Positions 8,870-19,654 of a stretch of DNA of 64,000 bases are shown in pieces. The stretch spans positions 110,051 through 174,050 of the forward strand of contig JADJOT010000013.1 of NCBI GenBank assembly GCA_016713625.1, in the 5' to 3' direction. Source of the DNA: Candidatus Accumulibacter affinis (lineage in GTDB: Bacteria; Pseudomonadota; Gammaproteobacteria; Burkholderiales; Rhodocyclaceae). Position numbers and translations under genes: made by a program. Each line of letters starts with the position of its first letter. The first letter of the stretch is position 1. The notes under the pieces are model-generated. The model did not search any database. It saw only the letters and a list, made by a program, of their open reading frames with translations, and was not told the origin of the DNA.

Positions 8870-9349
8870 ATGGCACGCTACGAGAACATTTACGAGTACA
8901 GGGTTTCGCTTCAGGGCGCCGGACTGACCATCGGCGTGGTCATGAGCCGCTTCAATCAGGACATCGGTGAAGGGTTGCTCAGTGCCTGCACCAGCGAACT
9001 CACACGCCTTGGGGTCGGCGAAGACAACATTCGCATCGCCACCGTTCCAGGGGCTCTGGAAATTCCGCTGGCGCTCCTGACAATGGCTCGCAGCGGCCGT
9101 TTCAATGCGCTGATCGCGCTTGGTGCGGTGATCCGCGGCGAGACCTATCATTTCGAGATCGTCGCCAACGACTCCTGCCGGGCGCTCATGGAGGTGCAAC
9201 TCACGACCAGCGTACCGATTGCCAATGGCATTCTCACCTGCGAAGACGACGACCAGGCACTCGCCCGCATGCATCAAAAAGGTTCTGATTGCGCACAGGC
9301 GGCGATCGAGATGGCCAACCTGCTGCGCGCCATCGGGGAGCCATCATGA
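8870..9349 (+). CDS. ribH: 6,7-dimethyl-8-ribityllumazine synthase.
   Basis: Contains [14 protein letters not shown]...[10 protein letters not shown]...[16 protein letters not shown]. The track ORF starts at 8834, but the in-frame ATG at 8870 fits RibH length better. Confidence 0.9.
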   Translation: MARYENIYEYRVSLQGAGLTIGVVMSRFNQDIGEGLLSACTSELTRLGVGEDNIRIATVPGALEIPLALLTMARSGRFNALIALGAVIRGETYHFEIVANDSCRALMEVQLTTSVPIANGILTCEDDDQALARMHQKGSDCAQAAIEMANLLRAIGEPS

Positions 9350-9843
9350 TGGCCAAGCAATCGCCAGCAAACCCGGCCGGCAAGACCGTCGGGGCCAGAT
9401 CACCCAGGCGGCGAGCGCGCGAATTCGTCCTGCAAGGGCTTTATCAGTGGCGGGTGAGCGGTAACGACGAAGCCGCGATCGAAGCGCATCTGCGCGACAC
9501 GGACGGTTTCGACCAGGCCGACCGCGACTTCTTCCTTGGGCTGCTGCGCGGCGTTCTCGCGCAGCGACTCGCCCTCGAGGGACAACTGCAAGGCTATCTT
9601 GACCGCCCGTTCAGCGAATTGTCGCCGATCGAAGCTTGCGTTCTGCTGGCCGGGGCTTACGAGTTGGGCAATTACCCGCAAACGCCTTACCGGGTCATCA
9701 TCAACGAGTCGATCGAACTGGCCAAGGCTTATGGTGGCACGGACGGTCACCGGTACGTCAACGGCGTTCTCGACAAACTCGCCGCCCGCTTGCGTCCGGC
9801 CGAGGTTGCCGTCCGCGGAGCGGCGCGTGGCAAAGGCCGTTGA
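9346..9843 (+). CDS. nusB: Transcription antitermination factor NusB.
   Basis: Contains [15 protein letters not shown]...[30 protein letters not shown] 9346 overlaps the ribH stop, and the track ORF is N-terminally over-extended. Confidence 0.9.
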   Translation: MMAKQSPANPAGKTVGARSPRRRAREFVLQGLYQWRVSGNDEAAIEAHLRDTDGFDQADRDFFLGLLRGVLAQRLALEGQLQGYLDRPFSELSPIEACVLLAGAYELGNYPQTPYRVIINESIELAKAYGGTDGHRYVNGVLDKLAARLRPAEVAVRGAARGKGR

Positions 9844-9887
9844 GTAAGCGCGCCGACTGACCTGCCCGACCCTGCACGAAAGCGACG

Positions 9888-10841
9888 ATGCCCAGCGAGT
9901 TCGAACTGATCCGGCGCTTTTTCTCCAGACCGACGCCGCAGGCTGTCCTCGGTCCCGGTGACGATTGTGCCCTCCTCGCCGCGTCCCCGGGCATGCAGCT
10001 GGCCGTCACCACCGACATGCTGGTCGCCGGCACGCATTTCCTGCCCGACACGGATCCCTGCCAGCTCGGCTGGAAAACCCTGGCTGTAAACCTCTCGGAT
10101 CTTGCCGCGATGGGAGCGAGGCCGCGCTGGGCCTTGCTTGCCGCCAGCCTGCCAGAAGCGCGCGTCGCGTGGATCGCGTCCTTTGCCGAAGGGTTGTTTG
10201 CCTGCGCCAGTCACTACGCGGTCGATGTGGTCGGCGGCGATACCACGCGCGGTCCGCTCACCTTCTGCCTGACCGCGATCGGCGAGGTGCCGGCCGGTCT
10301 GGCACTGCGTCGCGACCTTGCGCTGGCTGGAGACGACCTCTGGGTTTCCGGCCAGCCTGGCCTGGCGGCACTGGCCCTAGCCCACCTGCAGGGCCGCACG
10401 CAGCTTCCAGCAGCGCTTGCCGATCGCTGCCTGGCGGCCCTGCAGCGGCCGCTGGCGCGCGTCGAACTAGGGCTGCGCCTGCGTGGTCTTGCGCATGCTG
10501 CGATCGACATTTCGGACGGCCTGCTCGCTGATCTTGGCCACATTCTCGAAGATTCAGCACTTGCCGCCGAGGTCTACCTGGCGCAGTTGCCGCCGCTGCC
10601 TGCGGCAGCGGAGCCGATCCTGGCGCGCAAATGTCAGCTCGCCGGCGGCGACGACTACGAACTCCTGTTCTCCGCATCTCCTGGAAAGCGCGCCGAGCTG
10701 AACGCACTCGCTGGCGAGCTGGCATTGCCGCTTTGGCGTTGCGGCCGGGTGAGCGGCGCTGCCCCGGGGCAGGTGATCGTGGTCGGCGAAGACGGCCGGC
10801 CGGTGGCCATCGAGGACAAAGGATTCGATCATTTTGGCTAA
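9888..10841 (+). CDS. thiL: Thiamine-monophosphate kinase.
   Basis: Contains EFELIRRFF...GDDCALL...AVTTDMLVAGTHF and the ...GGDT... motifs of the ThiL/AIR-synthase-related fold. Confidence 0.9.
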   Translation: MPSEFELIRRFFSRPTPQAVLGPGDDCALLAASPGMQLAVTTDMLVAGTHFLPDTDPCQLGWKTLAVNLSDLAAMGARPRWALLAASLPEARVAWIASFAEGLFACASHYAVDVVGGDTTRGPLTFCLTAIGEVPAGLALRRDLALAGDDLWVSGQPGLAALALAHLQGRTQLPAALADRCLAALQRPLARVELGLRLRGLAHAAIDISDGLLADLGHILEDSALAAEVYLAQLPPLPAAAEPILARKCQLAGGDDYELLFSASPGKRAELNALAGELALPLWRCGRVSGAAPGQVIVVGEDGRPVAIEDKGFDHFG

Positions 10842-11319
10842 ACCTCCGACGCTACAATTCCTGCTCGCGCATCCCGCGCACCTGGTCGCCTGCGGCTTCG
10901 GCAGTGGTCTGTCACCACTTGCGCCGGGAACCGTGGGTACTCTCTTCGCCTGGGCAATGTTCCCGCTGCTACGGCCATCGATGAGCGACTTCGGGATGCT
11001 GGGCTTTCTGCTATTGTGCTTCGTCGGCGGCGTCCTGGCGGTGCACCGGACCGGGGTTGACCTCGGCGTCATCGATCACGGCAGCATCGTCTGGGACGAG
11101 ATCGTCCCCTTCTGGCTGGTGCTGCTCTTCTGCCCGACGCCGTGGTTATGGCAGACGACGGCCTTCTGCCTGTTCCGCTTTTTCGATATCGTCAAACCGC
11201 AGCCGGCACGCTACTTCGACGAAAACGTCAAGAACGGCTTTGGCGTTATGTGTGACGACCTGATGGCCGCCGGCTATACACTGCTGGTGCTGGCCATCCT
11301 GCGCTTTGTGCTCGAATGA
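10834..11319 (+). CDS. pgpA: Phosphatidylglycerophosphatase A.
   Basis: Contains LACGFGSGLSPLAPGTVGTLFAW...FRFFDIVKP...GFGVMCDDLMAAGYT. Confidence 0.9.
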   Translation: MAKPPTLQFLLAHPAHLVACGFGSGLSPLAPGTVGTLFAWAMFPLLRPSMSDFGMLGFLLLCFVGGVLAVHRTGVDLGVIDHGSIVWDEIVPFWLVLLFCPTPWLWQTTAFCLFRFFDIVKPQPARYFDENVKNGFGVMCDDLMAAGYTLLVLAILRFVLE

Positions 11320-11825
11320 GCACTTGTGACCAGGGGTCGCTTGAAGGCCTGGCCACAGCCGTCGGCTGCTTGCTGTTGGCCAATGGTGAGCGCCTGGCGA
11401 CGGCGGAATCCTGCACCGGTGGCTGGGTAGGGCAGTGCCTGACTGCCATCGCCGGGAGCTCGGCCTGGTTCGAACGTGGCTTCATCACCTACTCGAACGA
11501 CGCCAAGACCGAGCTGCTTGGGGTCACCGCCAACACCCTGGCAACGCAGGGTGCCGTCAGCGAAGCGACCGCCGCCGCCATGGCCCTGGGCGCGCTGCGG
11601 CACAGCCATGCCGATTGGGCTCTGGCGATCACCGGCATCGCTGGCCCCGATGGGGGGTCACCAGACAGGCCAGTCGGCACCGTCTGCTTCGCCTGGGCCG
11701 GGCCGGCAGGTCGTGTAGATACCGCCACCCGATGCTTCCAGGGTGACCGTGCGGCCATACGAGCACAATCGGTCGCCCACGCGCTGACGGGTATCCTGGA
11801 CCTGGCCAGGCTCCGTCTGGCCTGA
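11316..11825 (+). CDS. pncC: CinA-C-domain protein / nicotinamide-nucleotide amidohydrolase PncC-like.
   Basis: Contains LATAESCTGGWVGQCLTAIAGSSAWFERGFITYSNDAK...ITGIAGPDGG. Confidence 0.85.
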   Translation: MSTCDQGSLEGLATAVGCLLLANGERLATAESCTGGWVGQCLTAIAGSSAWFERGFITYSNDAKTELLGVTANTLATQGAVSEATAAAMALGALRHSHADWALAITGIAGPDGGSPDRPVGTVCFAWAGPAGRVDTATRCFQGDRAAIRAQSVAHALTGILDLARLRLA

Positions 11826-11862
11826 TCGCTGGCGACCTGGACGCCGCTGGTCATTTCCTGAC

Positions 11863-11882
11863 AGCTGTATATAATGACAGTA
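11863..11882. promoter_or_regulatory. LexA (SOS) box upstream of recA.
   Basis: agCTGTATATAATGACAGta matches CTGT-N8-ACAG. It lies 83 nt upstream of the recA ATG. Confidence 0.75.
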
Positions 11883-11964
11883 TATTGGCGGTGCTGAGAC
11901 GGGCATCTTCAGGACGGTCGAACGTGGGATAATTCCTCTCAACCAAGAAAAAGGACAGGCGATA

Positions 11965-12981
11965 ATGGAAGACAACAAGTCAAAGGCGCTGGCTGCTGCG
12001 TTGGCCCAGATCGAGAAACAGTTTGGCAAGGGCTCGATCATGCGCATGGGCGAAGGTAGCGTCGTGACCGACCTGCCGGTGGTTTCAACCGGTTCGCTGG
12101 GACTCGATATTGCGCTGGGGATTGGCGGCCTGCCACGTGGTCGGGTGGTCGAAATTTATGGCCCGGAGTCTTCGGGGAAGACAACACTGACCCTGCAGGT
12201 GATTGCTGAAATGCAGAAACTCGGCGGTACGGCAGCCTTCATCGACGCCGAACATGCTCTCGATCCCGGTTATGCGCAGAAACTTGGCGTGAATCTGGAT
12301 GAATTGCTCATTTCCCAGCCGGATACCGGCGAGCAGGCTCTGGAGATCGCTGACATGCTGGTGCGCTCGGCAAGCGTCGATGTGGTAGTGATCGATTCGG
12401 TGGCCGCTCTCGTTCCGAAAGCGGAGATCGAAGGCGAGATGGGCGATTCCCTGCCGGGTCTGCAAGCCCGTCTGATGAGCCAGGCACTGCGCAAGCTGAC
12501 CGCCAACATCAACCGTACCAACACCCTGGTCATTTTTATCAACCAGATCCGCATGAAAATAGGCGTCATGTTCGGCAGCCCGGAAACCACTACCGGTGGC
12601 AATGCCCTCAAGTTCTACGCTTCAGTTCGTCTTGATATTCGCCGCATCGGCAGCATCAAGAAGGGGGACGAAGTCATCGGGAACGAAACCCGCGTCAAGG
12701 TCGTCAAGAACAAGGTCGCCCCACCCTTCCGCGAAGCAATCTTCGACATCCTCTATGGCGAAGGAACTTCCCGCGAAGGCGAGATCATCGAACTCGGAGT
12801 GCTGCACAAACTGGTCGACAAGTCCGGATCCTGGTACGCCTACAATGGTGAGAAGATTGGTCAGGGCAAGGACAACGCCCGTGAGTATCTCAAGAGCAAG
12901 CCGCATATCGCCCAGGAAATCGAAGCAAAAATCCGCGCAGCGGTCAATGTCCCGTCGCCGGCGATGATCGCACCCTCTTGA
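11965..12981 (+). CDS. recA: Recombinase RecA.
   Basis: Contains [23 protein letters not shown]...[13 protein letters not shown]...[37 protein letters not shown]. Confidence 0.98.
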   Translation: MEDNKSKALAAALAQIEKQFGKGSIMRMGEGSVVTDLPVVSTGSLGLDIALGIGGLPRGRVVEIYGPESSGKTTLTLQVIAEMQKLGGTAAFIDAEHALDPGYAQKLGVNLDELLISQPDTGEQALEIADMLVRSASVDVVVIDSVAALVPKAEIEGEMGDSLPGLQARLMSQALRKLTANINRTNTLVIFINQIRMKIGVMFGSPETTTGGNALKFYASVRLDIRRIGSIKKGDEVIGNETRVKVVKNKVAPPFREAIFDILYGEGTSREGEIIELGVLHKLVDKSGSWYAYNGEKIGQGKDNAREYLKSKPHIAQEIEAKIRAAVNVPSPAMIAPS

Positions 12982-12988
12982 AAGTCCG

Positions 12989-13441
12989 GTGATGCGCAAC
13001 GCGGTGCGCGAACGGGCTCTCCGTCTGCTCGCCCAGCGCGAACACACGCGCCAGGAACTATCGACCAGACTGGCAGCCTCAGCTGAATCGGCGGAGCTGC
13101 TTGAAGCCTTGCTCGACGAGTTGACCGCCAGCGGACTGCTTGCCGATGCGCGTTACGCAGCAGCGCGCTTCCACGCTCGATCCACGCGCTTGGGCGATGC
13201 GCGGCTGGCCTATGAACTGCGGTCAAAGGGGGTGTCAGTCGAACTGATCAGCGCCACGCTGGCCAACGGCGAAGACGAACTGACGCGCGCACGTCGCGTC
13301 TGGCAGCGACGCTTTGGCAGTCAGCCAACGGTCGCCGGCGATACTGCCGGGCGTGCTCGACAAATACGCTTCCTGGCCGGGCGAGGGTTTTCCGCTGAGA
13401 CCATTCGGCGCTTGTTGCGTACCACTCTTGAAGATGATTGA
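12989..13441 (+). CDS. recX: Recombination regulator RecX.
   Basis: 150 aa, helical-repeat protein immediately downstream of recA, beginning RERALRLLAQREHTRQELSTRL. Confidence 0.9.
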   Translation: MMRNAVRERALRLLAQREHTRQELSTRLAASAESAELLEALLDELTASGLLADARYAAARFHARSTRLGDARLAYELRSKGVSVELISATLANGEDELTRARRVWQRRFGSQPTVAGDTAGRARQIRFLAGRGFSAETIRRLLRTTLEDD

Positions 13442-13444
13442 ACG

Positions 13445-14179
13445 ATGGCAGACCCGCAGAGCACACTGTTTACACGCAACCTCAGAAAACGCTACAAGTC
13501 GCGCACGGTGGTACATGATGTTTCCTTCGACGTCGTCAGTGGTGAAGTGGTCGGGCTGCTCGGTCCAAACGGCGCCGGCAAGACCACCTGTTTCTACATG
13601 GTGGTTGGTCTGGTCGCTTGTGATGGGGGCGAAGTTCACCTCGACGCCGCCAGGCTTACGCACTTGCCGATTCACAAGCGTGCCCGACTGGGTGTTTCCT
13701 ACCTGCCGCAGGAAGCCTCCGTTTTTCGCAAGCTGACAGTCAGCGAAAACATCAAGGCCGTACTCGAATTGCAGAATTTGTCGGCTGACGACATCGAAGA
13801 GCGAACCGAAAGTCTGCTCGAGGAACTGCACATCAGCCATCTTCGCGCCAACCCCGCGACCTCGCTTTCCGGCGGCGAAAGGCGTCGAGTCGAAATTGCC
13901 CGTGCTCTTGCCAGCAGGCCACGTTTCATCCTGCTCGACGAGCCTTTTGCGGGCGTTGACCCGATCGCCGTGCTCGACATCCAGAAAATCATTGGTTTTC
14001 TCAAGGAACGGGGAATCGGCGTACTGATTACCGACCACAACGTCCGCGAAACGCTGGGCATCTGTGACCACGCGTACATCATCAACGAGGGCTGTGTGCT
14101 TGCCGCTGGTCGGCCAGAGGAAATCATTTATAATGAAAACGTCCGGAAAGTGTATCTGGGCGAGAATTTCCGCCTCTGA
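13445..14179 (+). CDS. lptB: LPS export ABC transporter ATP-binding protein LptB.
   Basis: Contains Walker [10 protein letters not shown], the signature [15 protein letters not shown] and Walker [13 protein letters not shown]. It lies directly upstream of rpoN. Confidence 0.95.
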   Translation: MADPQSTLFTRNLRKRYKSRTVVHDVSFDVVSGEVVGLLGPNGAGKTTCFYMVVGLVACDGGEVHLDAARLTHLPIHKRARLGVSYLPQEASVFRKLTVSENIKAVLELQNLSADDIEERTESLLEELHISHLRANPATSLSGGERRRVEIARALASRPRFILLDEPFAGVDPIAVLDIQKIIGFLKERGIGVLITDHNVRETLGICDHAYIINEGCVLAAGRPEEIIYNENVRKVYLGENFRL

Positions 14180-14261
14180 ACCCCGACGGCCCTTCAGCTA
14201 TCATTCGAGAACCATACGGGCAGTATCCCATGCCAACGCGGCGGCTTACCCGGTTCCGTAC

Positions 14262-15683
14262 ATGAAACCATCCCTCCAACTCAGGCACACCCAGCATCTT
14301 GCGTTGACCCCACAACTGCAGCAATCGATCCGATTGCTGCAGTTGTCGACGATCGAGCTGGAACATGAGTTGGAAAAGTACTTGCAGGAGAACCCACTAC
14401 TCGAACGGGAAGAGGAGTACCCCCTGCCTGAGGCGACACCAGGGGAGAGGAACGAGGATGCTCCGCCTGAGGCGGGGCTTGCCGACAGCCAGGGAGAGCG
14501 CACTCTGAGCGATGACGAAAGCTGGGGTGACGACCAGACCATATCGTCTGGCTCGTCCAGTTCCTTTGATGACGATGACGGCGACGGCGACTACCAGGAC
14601 GTCCAGGCGGCAAATGTCTCGCTGCGCGAGCACCTGCTCTGGCAGCTCGGCCTGATGACCCTTTCCGATCGCGACCGGGTGCTGGTGCGCTGTCTGGTCG
14701 AGGCATTGGACGACGATGGCTACCTTACGCAGTCGCTCGATGAACTCGTTGAAGCAATGCCTTTGGAACTGGAGATCGCTCAGGAAGAGCTGCAGATCGC
14801 ACTCAGGCACCTGCAGTACTTTGACCCGACCGGTGTTGGCGCCCGCAGCGCACAGGAGTGCCTGCTGCTGCAACTCGAAGCTTTGCCCGCGGATCAAACC
14901 GGCAGTCTGGCGCAGGAAATCGTCTGCCATCATCTGGAACTGCTGGCCACTCACGATTTCCCCCGGATCAGGAAGCTGACGGGTTGTGACGACGACGCAC
15001 TGCGCGCTGCGCATTTGCTGATCTGCAGCCTGAATCCACGGCCCGGTGCTGCTTACGGGGCTGCTGAAACGCGCTATATCACCCCCGATGTGGTGGTGCG
15101 GAAAGTGCGTGGACAGTGGTCGGTGTTCGTCAATTCCGATGCCTTTCCGCGCCTGCGTATCAACAACCTCTATGCCCAGATTCTGTCCAGACAGCGTGGT
15201 TCCGGCCTTGCCGGCCAACTCCAGGAAGCCCGTTGGCTGATCCGGAATGTGCAACAACGGTTTGACACGATCCTGCGTGTGGCGCAGGCTATTGTGGAAC
15301 GGCAGCGGCAATTCCTCGACCACGGGGAAGTCGCGATGCGGCCGTTGGTATTGCGTGAAATCGCTGAGGTGCTCGGGCTGCATGAATCCACCATATCGCG
15401 GGTGACTACCCACAAGTACATGGCTACCCCACGCGGGATCTTTGAACTGAAGTATTTCTTTGGCAGCCACGTCGGCACGGAGGCCGGCGGGGCATGTTCG
15501 GCAACGGCCATTCGCGCGCTGATCAAACAAATGATCAGTGCTGAAGAGCCCAGGAAACCGCTCTCGGATAGCCAGATATCCGAGGTCCTTGGCCAGCAGG
15601 GCATTGTCGTCGCACGGCGAACAATTGCAAAATACCGTGAAGCGCTCAGTATCCCGCCGGTCAACTTACGCAAGTCCATCTAA
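14262..15683 (+). CDS. rpoN: RNA polymerase sigma-54 factor.
   Basis: Translation from ATG 14262 gives [34 protein letters not shown]. The C-terminus carries the RpoN box [10 protein letters not shown]. The track ORF starts at 14064 and is over-extended. Confidence 0.95.
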   Translation: MKPSLQLRHTQHLALTPQLQQSIRLLQLSTIELEHELEKYLQENPLLEREEEYPLPEATPGERNEDAPPEAGLADSQGERTLSDDESWGDDQTISSGSSSSFDDDDGDGDYQDVQAANVSLREHLLWQLGLMTLSDRDRVLVRCLVEALDDDGYLTQSLDELVEAMPLELEIAQEELQIALRHLQYFDPTGVGARSAQECLLLQLEALPADQTGSLAQEIVCHHLELLATHDFPRIRKLTGCDDDALRAAHLLICSLNPRPGAAYGAAETRYITPDVVVRKVRGQWSVFVNSDAFPRLRINNLYAQILSRQRGSGLAGQLQEARWLIRNVQQRFDTILRVAQAIVERQRQFLDHGEVAMRPLVLREIAEVLGLHESTISRVTTHKYMATPRGIFELKYFFGSHVGTEAGGACSATAIRALIKQMISAEEPRKPLSDSQISEVLGQQGIVVARRTIAKYREALSIPPVNLRKSI

Positions 15684-15698
15684 AGAAGGAGCCACATC

Positions 15699-16025
15699 AT
15701 GAACCTGCAAGTCAGTGGTCACCACCTCGAGATCACCCCGGCCCTGCACGCTTACGTCACCGGCAAGCTCGAACGAATCACTCGTCATTTCGATAACGTG
15801 ATAGACGTGAACGTGATTCTATCGGTGGACAAGCTGACGCAGAAGGCCGAAGTGACCGTCCATCTCGCGGGCAAGGATGTCTATGTCGAGTCAGTCGACG
15901 AGGACCTCTACGCAGCGGTGGATGGACTGGTCGACAAGCTTGAGCGCCAGGTCCAGAAGTACAAGCAGAAATTGCAGGACCACCATCGCGGCAACAAGAT
16001 TACCACTCACATCGTTGCCGAGTGA
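15699..16025 (+). CDS. hpf: Ribosome hibernation promoting factor (sigma-54 modulation protein family).
   Basis: [32 protein letters not shown]... is typical of HPF/YhbH. Confidence 0.9.
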   Translation: MNLQVSGHHLEITPALHAYVTGKLERITRHFDNVIDVNVILSVDKLTQKAEVTVHLAGKDVYVESVDEDLYAAVDGLVDKLERQVQKYKQKLQDHHRGNKITTHIVAE

Positions 16026-16042
16026 TAGCGCTGTAGCCTGTG

Positions 16043-16073
16043 CACCGCTGGTCGTTGTCACCGACCAGCGGTG
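16043..16073 (+). terminator. Perfect 12-bp-stem hairpin after hpf (CACCGCTGGTCG-N7-CGACCAGCGGTG). It has no U-tract and could be a partial terminator or a processing site.
   Basis: The inverted repeat was read directly. It starts 18 nt after the hpf stop. Confidence 0.4.
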
Positions 16074-16123
16074 TGAGTCCTGGGCTATATTGATCCACGT
16101 CCGCTTTTTCAGGTTTTTGTCGC

Positions 16124-16576
16124 ATGAGCCAGATCACTCAATTACTACCCCTCGAAAACATCATTCTTGACCTTGACGCGAGCAGCAAGAAGCGCGTTTT
16201 TGAACACGTGGGTTTGCTTTTCGAAAACTATCTCGGCATCGCTCGCAGTACGGTGTTCGACAGTCTGTTTGCCCGCGAGAAGCTGGGATCGACCGGTCTC
16301 GGGCAAGGCGTGGCGATTCCGCACGGACGTATCAAGGGATTGAAAGATGCCACCGGCGCCTTCCTGCGGCTGGCCGCCCCGGTAGCCTTCGATTCACCTG
16401 ACGGCAAACCGGTCTCGTTGCTGTTCGTTCTGCTGGTCCCTGAGGTAGCGACCGAGCAGCACCTGCAAATCCTTTCTGAACTGGCGCAACACTTTTCCGA
16501 CCGCAAGTGCCGTGAAGCGCTTGCCAAGGCTACCGACTCGAGCAGCATTCGCCAGATCTTCGCCGACGGAGTATGA
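16124..16576 (+). CDS. ptsN: Nitrogen-PTS EIIA-Ntr.
   Basis: GLGQGVAIPHGR contains the phospho-His. The gene sits in the rpoN-hpf-ptsN context. Confidence 0.9.
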   Translation: MSQITQLLPLENIILDLDASSKKRVFEHVGLLFENYLGIARSTVFDSLFAREKLGSTGLGQGVAIPHGRIKGLKDATGAFLRLAAPVAFDSPDGKPVSLLFVLLVPEVATEQHLQILSELAQHFSDRKCREALAKATDSSSIRQIFADGV

Positions 16577-17517
16577 ATGCCCAGCGTCAGGCGAGTGTGA
16601 CTCAACTCTACGAGGACCACCGCGACAAACTGAAGCTTTCCTGGGTCATCGCCGTCGGCGTCGACCGACCGATCGAACTCAAGGATCAGGGCTATTTCGG
16701 CGCCGATGTCGTCGGCCACCTCAATCTGATTCACCCGGAACGGCTGCAGGTGATCGGCAGAGCCGAGCAAGCCTGGGGCCACCGCGTGACGACAGAACGT
16801 CTGCGCTCGCAGGTGAAGGAACTGATGGCCGCCAGACCACCGGCGTTGATCATCGCCGACGACCTTGAGATCCTGCCAACGATTCGTGATGCCTGCGAGT
16901 TGACGGAGACGCCGCTGTTTGTCAGTCCCAAGCCCTGCTCGGCGGTAATCGAGCTGTTGCGCATCTACCTTTCTCGCCGGCTCGCCGGCTCGACGTCAGT
17001 CCACGGTGTCTTGATGGATGTGTTCGGCATGGGTATTCTGATTACCGGCGATTCCGGCGTCGGCAAGAGCGAACTGGCGCTGGAACTGATCTCGCGCGGC
17101 CATGGTCTGGTGGCCGACGATGTCGTCGAACTGGCCTGCATTGCTCCGACCACCATCGAGGGACGCTGTCCAAGCATGTTGCGCGACTATCTGGAAGTGC
17201 GCGGCCTTGGCCTGCTCAACATTCGCACCATTTTCGGCGAAACCGCGTCGCGCCGGAAAATGAAACTGAAGCTGATCGCCCACCTGCAAAGACCGCTCAG
17301 TGGCACCGATGGTCCTCGCCTGCCGCTCGACGCCCAGTCTCAGGAAATTCTCGGGGTACCCATACGCAAGGTGGTCATTCCAGTTGCTGCCGGGCGCAAC
17401 ATTGCCGTGCTGCTCGAGGCGGCGGTACGCAACAGCATCCTGCAGCTTCGCGGTATCGACAGCATGGGAGATTTCATCAACCGTCAACAGCAGGCTCTTC
17501 TTGACGACGACCTGTAG
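16573..17517 (+). CDS. hprK: HPr kinase/phosphorylase.
   Basis: Contains GVLMDVFGMGILITGDSGVGKSELALELISRGHGLVADD (P-loop) and ...LEVRGLGLLNIR. Confidence 0.9.
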   Translation: MNAQRQASVTQLYEDHRDKLKLSWVIAVGVDRPIELKDQGYFGADVVGHLNLIHPERLQVIGRAEQAWGHRVTTERLRSQVKELMAARPPALIIADDLEILPTIRDACELTETPLFVSPKPCSAVIELLRIYLSRRLAGSTSVHGVLMDVFGMGILITGDSGVGKSELALELISRGHGLVADDVVELACIAPTTIEGRCPSMLRDYLEVRGLGLLNIRTIFGETASRRKMKLKLIAHLQRPLSGTDGPRLPLDAQSQEILGVPIRKVVIPVAAGRNIAVLLEAAVRNSILQLRGIDSMGDFINRQQQALLDDDL

Positions 17518-17564
17518 CAATGGCTTAATCACCAGACTTCCTCAACCCTACGGAGACAACCCCG

Positions 17565-17882
17565 ATGAAAGCCATGACCGTCCTTGTCGCTCTCGCCGTC
17601 GCTGCCGGCAGCGCACTTGCCGCCGATGAGAAGAAGGAACCCTCAGCAGCCCAGAAGGCGCAGCAGGAAAAGATGAGCGCCTGTAACGCACAGGCTGGTG
17701 AAAAGGATTTGAAAGGCGACGATCGCAAGCAGTTCATGAGCTCGTGCCTCGGCGCCAAACCGGCGACGGCAACTCAACAGGAGAAGATGAAAGCCTGCAA
17801 TGCCGATGCCGGCAGCAAACAGCTCAAGGGTGACGAGCGCAAAAAGTTCATGAGCGAGTGCCTCAAAGCGAGTCCGACATAA
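17565..17882 (+). CDS. psiF: PsiF-repeat secreted protein (two PsiF repeats).
   Basis: A signal peptide MKAMTVLVALAVAAGSALA is followed by two copies of QQEKMxACNAxAGxKxLKGDxRKxFMSxCL. Confidence 0.8.
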   Translation: MKAMTVLVALAVAAGSALAADEKKEPSAAQKAQQEKMSACNAQAGEKDLKGDDRKQFMSSCLGAKPATATQQEKMKACNADAGSKQLKGDERKKFMSECLKASPT

Positions 17883-18005
17883 TCGGCAGGTCGCCGGCAA
17901 TCGTCGCTTCCCGACCAGTAGCGGTTTCCCCGACGCTGGCGAGCAGCTGGCTGTGCTCGGCCGCTTGGCCGCGCAGTGGCCGGGCGCTCGGCACAGCGAA
18001 CGCGG

Positions 18006-18371
18006 CTAGCCATCGCCAGCCGCGTCCGTTATGCAAACCGCCAGGCAAGCCACGTAACCTCGGCGACCGCGCTTGAGCAGTTTGCCCAAGCGTCGATCAG
18101 CCTCTTGCGAAGTCACACAGACCTGGCTGAGAAAAACATTGCATGCTGCCCAGCGTCCTTCCTGAGTGCGCAAGACGACCACCGGACGGCCACCGTCAAG
18201 CATCGCAAACAGGCAACTCGACTCGGCCGCCACCCACGACGCGGCAACGATGTCCATCGCTTCGTCACGTGCGACACACAAGGCGACCAGCGCATCGATG
18301 GGTGAGTCACGCTCGACACAGACAATGGCTGGAAAATAGCCGTGACCGGAGGACCTGGCGGAGGTGTTCAT
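18006..18371 (-). CDS. Hypothetical protein (121 aa).
   Basis: This is the only ORF with plausible codon usage in the 570-bp gap between psiF and the ubiH-like gene. I recognise no motif. Confidence 0.35.
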   Translation of the reverse strand: MNTSARSSGHGYFPAIVCVERDSPIDALVALCVARDEAMDIVAASWVAAESSCLFAMLDGGRPVVVLRTQEGRWAACNVFLSQVCVTSQEADRRLGKLLKRGRRGYVACLAVCITDAAGDG

Positions 18372-18456
18372 GATCGTGAGCTTCTACCATCCCTGGCCAC
18401 ACTTGTAAATTCGCGATCGAGCAACGCACGCTCATCACCTATCTGAGTTCCCCAAC

Positions 18457-19626
18457 ATGCAAGTCACGGAGTTCGACGTCCTTATCGTTGGTGGTGGCCT
18501 GGCCGGTCTGTCGCTGGCCTGTGCGCTGCGCGACACACGTCTCCGGCTAGCCCTGCTGGAACAGCGGCCGCCGGTCGCTGCAACCGGCTGGGATGCCCGC
18601 GTCTACGCCATCTCGCCAGCCAACGCGGCTTTCCTGCAGACCATTGGCGCCTGGAAGCACCTGCCCGCCGAGCGCATGGCGCCGATCCAGGCAATGGTAA
18701 TCCATGGTGACAGCGGCGCCGAGCTCGATTTTTCAGCTTACGCAGCGGGCATCCCTGAGCTTGGCTGGATTATCGAGTCGTCGCTGATGGCTGGCGAACT
18801 GTGGGAGAGCGTCAAGCGCCAGGGCAACCTCACGCTGCTTTGCCCGGCGACGCCGCAGAGTGTGGAAATTGACGCCACAGCCGCAGTACTGACCCTGACC
18901 GATGACCACAGGGTGTCCGCTCGGCTGCTCGTCGGTGCGGATGGACGGGACTCCTGGGTACGCGCCAAAACAGGCTTGCGGGCGATCCAGACAAGCTATG
19001 GGGAGATGGGGTTGGTGGCCAATTTCGCGTGCGAACGTCCGCATCGCGGCATTGCACGTCAATGGTTTCGCCACGACGGGGTGCTGGCGTGGCTGCCGCT
19101 GGCGGGAAATCGCATTTCCATCGTCTGGTCTACCCCTGACGAAAACGCGCGCGCCATGCTGGCCATGGCGGCCGAAGAACTCTGTGCCTGGGTAGCCGCC
19201 GCCGGCAATCACGAGTTGGGTGCCCTCGAACTCTTGACCCCGGCGGCAGTCTTCCCGTTGCGCCTGATCCAGGTCCCGCAGACCGTCGGACATCGGGTGG
19301 CATTGCTTGGCGACGCCGCGCACGGCATTCACCCGCTGTCCGGTCATGGTATTAACCTCGGCTATCAGGATGCGAAAGCGCTCGCTGGCCTGCTCGCTGC
19401 CACGCCGACCTGGCAGGACATTGGTAGCGAGCGCCTGCTGGCTCGCTATCAGCGGGAACGACGCGAAGAAACGCTGCTGATACAGACGGCAACGCATGCA
19501 CTGCACCACCTTTTCCGGCGGGATTTCCCAGGAATCAGGCCTTTGCGCAATTGGGGAATGAACCTGACGAACGCTTTGCCAGTCTTGAAGAACCTTCTTG
19601 TGCGCTACGCCATCGGCGCTTTCTGA
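18457..19626 (+). CDS. UbiH/UbiF/VisC/COQ6-family FAD-dependent ubiquinone-biosynthesis hydroxylase.
   Basis: Contains FDVLIVGGGLAGLSLA (the GxGxxG FAD fold), ...GADGRDSWVR... and ...LLGDAAHGIHPLSGHGINLG. Confidence 0.85.
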   Translation: MQVTEFDVLIVGGGLAGLSLACALRDTRLRLALLEQRPPVAATGWDARVYAISPANAAFLQTIGAWKHLPAERMAPIQAMVIHGDSGAELDFSAYAAGIPELGWIIESSLMAGELWESVKRQGNLTLLCPATPQSVEIDATAAVLTLTDDHRVSARLLVGADGRDSWVRAKTGLRAIQTSYGEMGLVANFACERPHRGIARQWFRHDGVLAWLPLAGNRISIVWSTPDENARAMLAMAAEELCAWVAAAGNHELGALELLTPAAVFPLRLIQVPQTVGHRVALLGDAAHGIHPLSGHGINLGYQDAKALAGLLAATPTWQDIGSERLLARYQRERREETLLIQTATHALHHLFRRDFPGIRPLRNWGMNLTNALPVLKNLLVRYAIGAF

Positions 19627-19654
19627 TACCTTCCTTCTTCGGAGAAACCTACCA

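Noticed and set aside
7179-8876. A 565-aa minus-strand ORF.
   Set aside because: It is antisense to ribBA, whose plus-strand product has unmistakable DHBP-synthase motifs. This is a typical high-GC shadow ORF.
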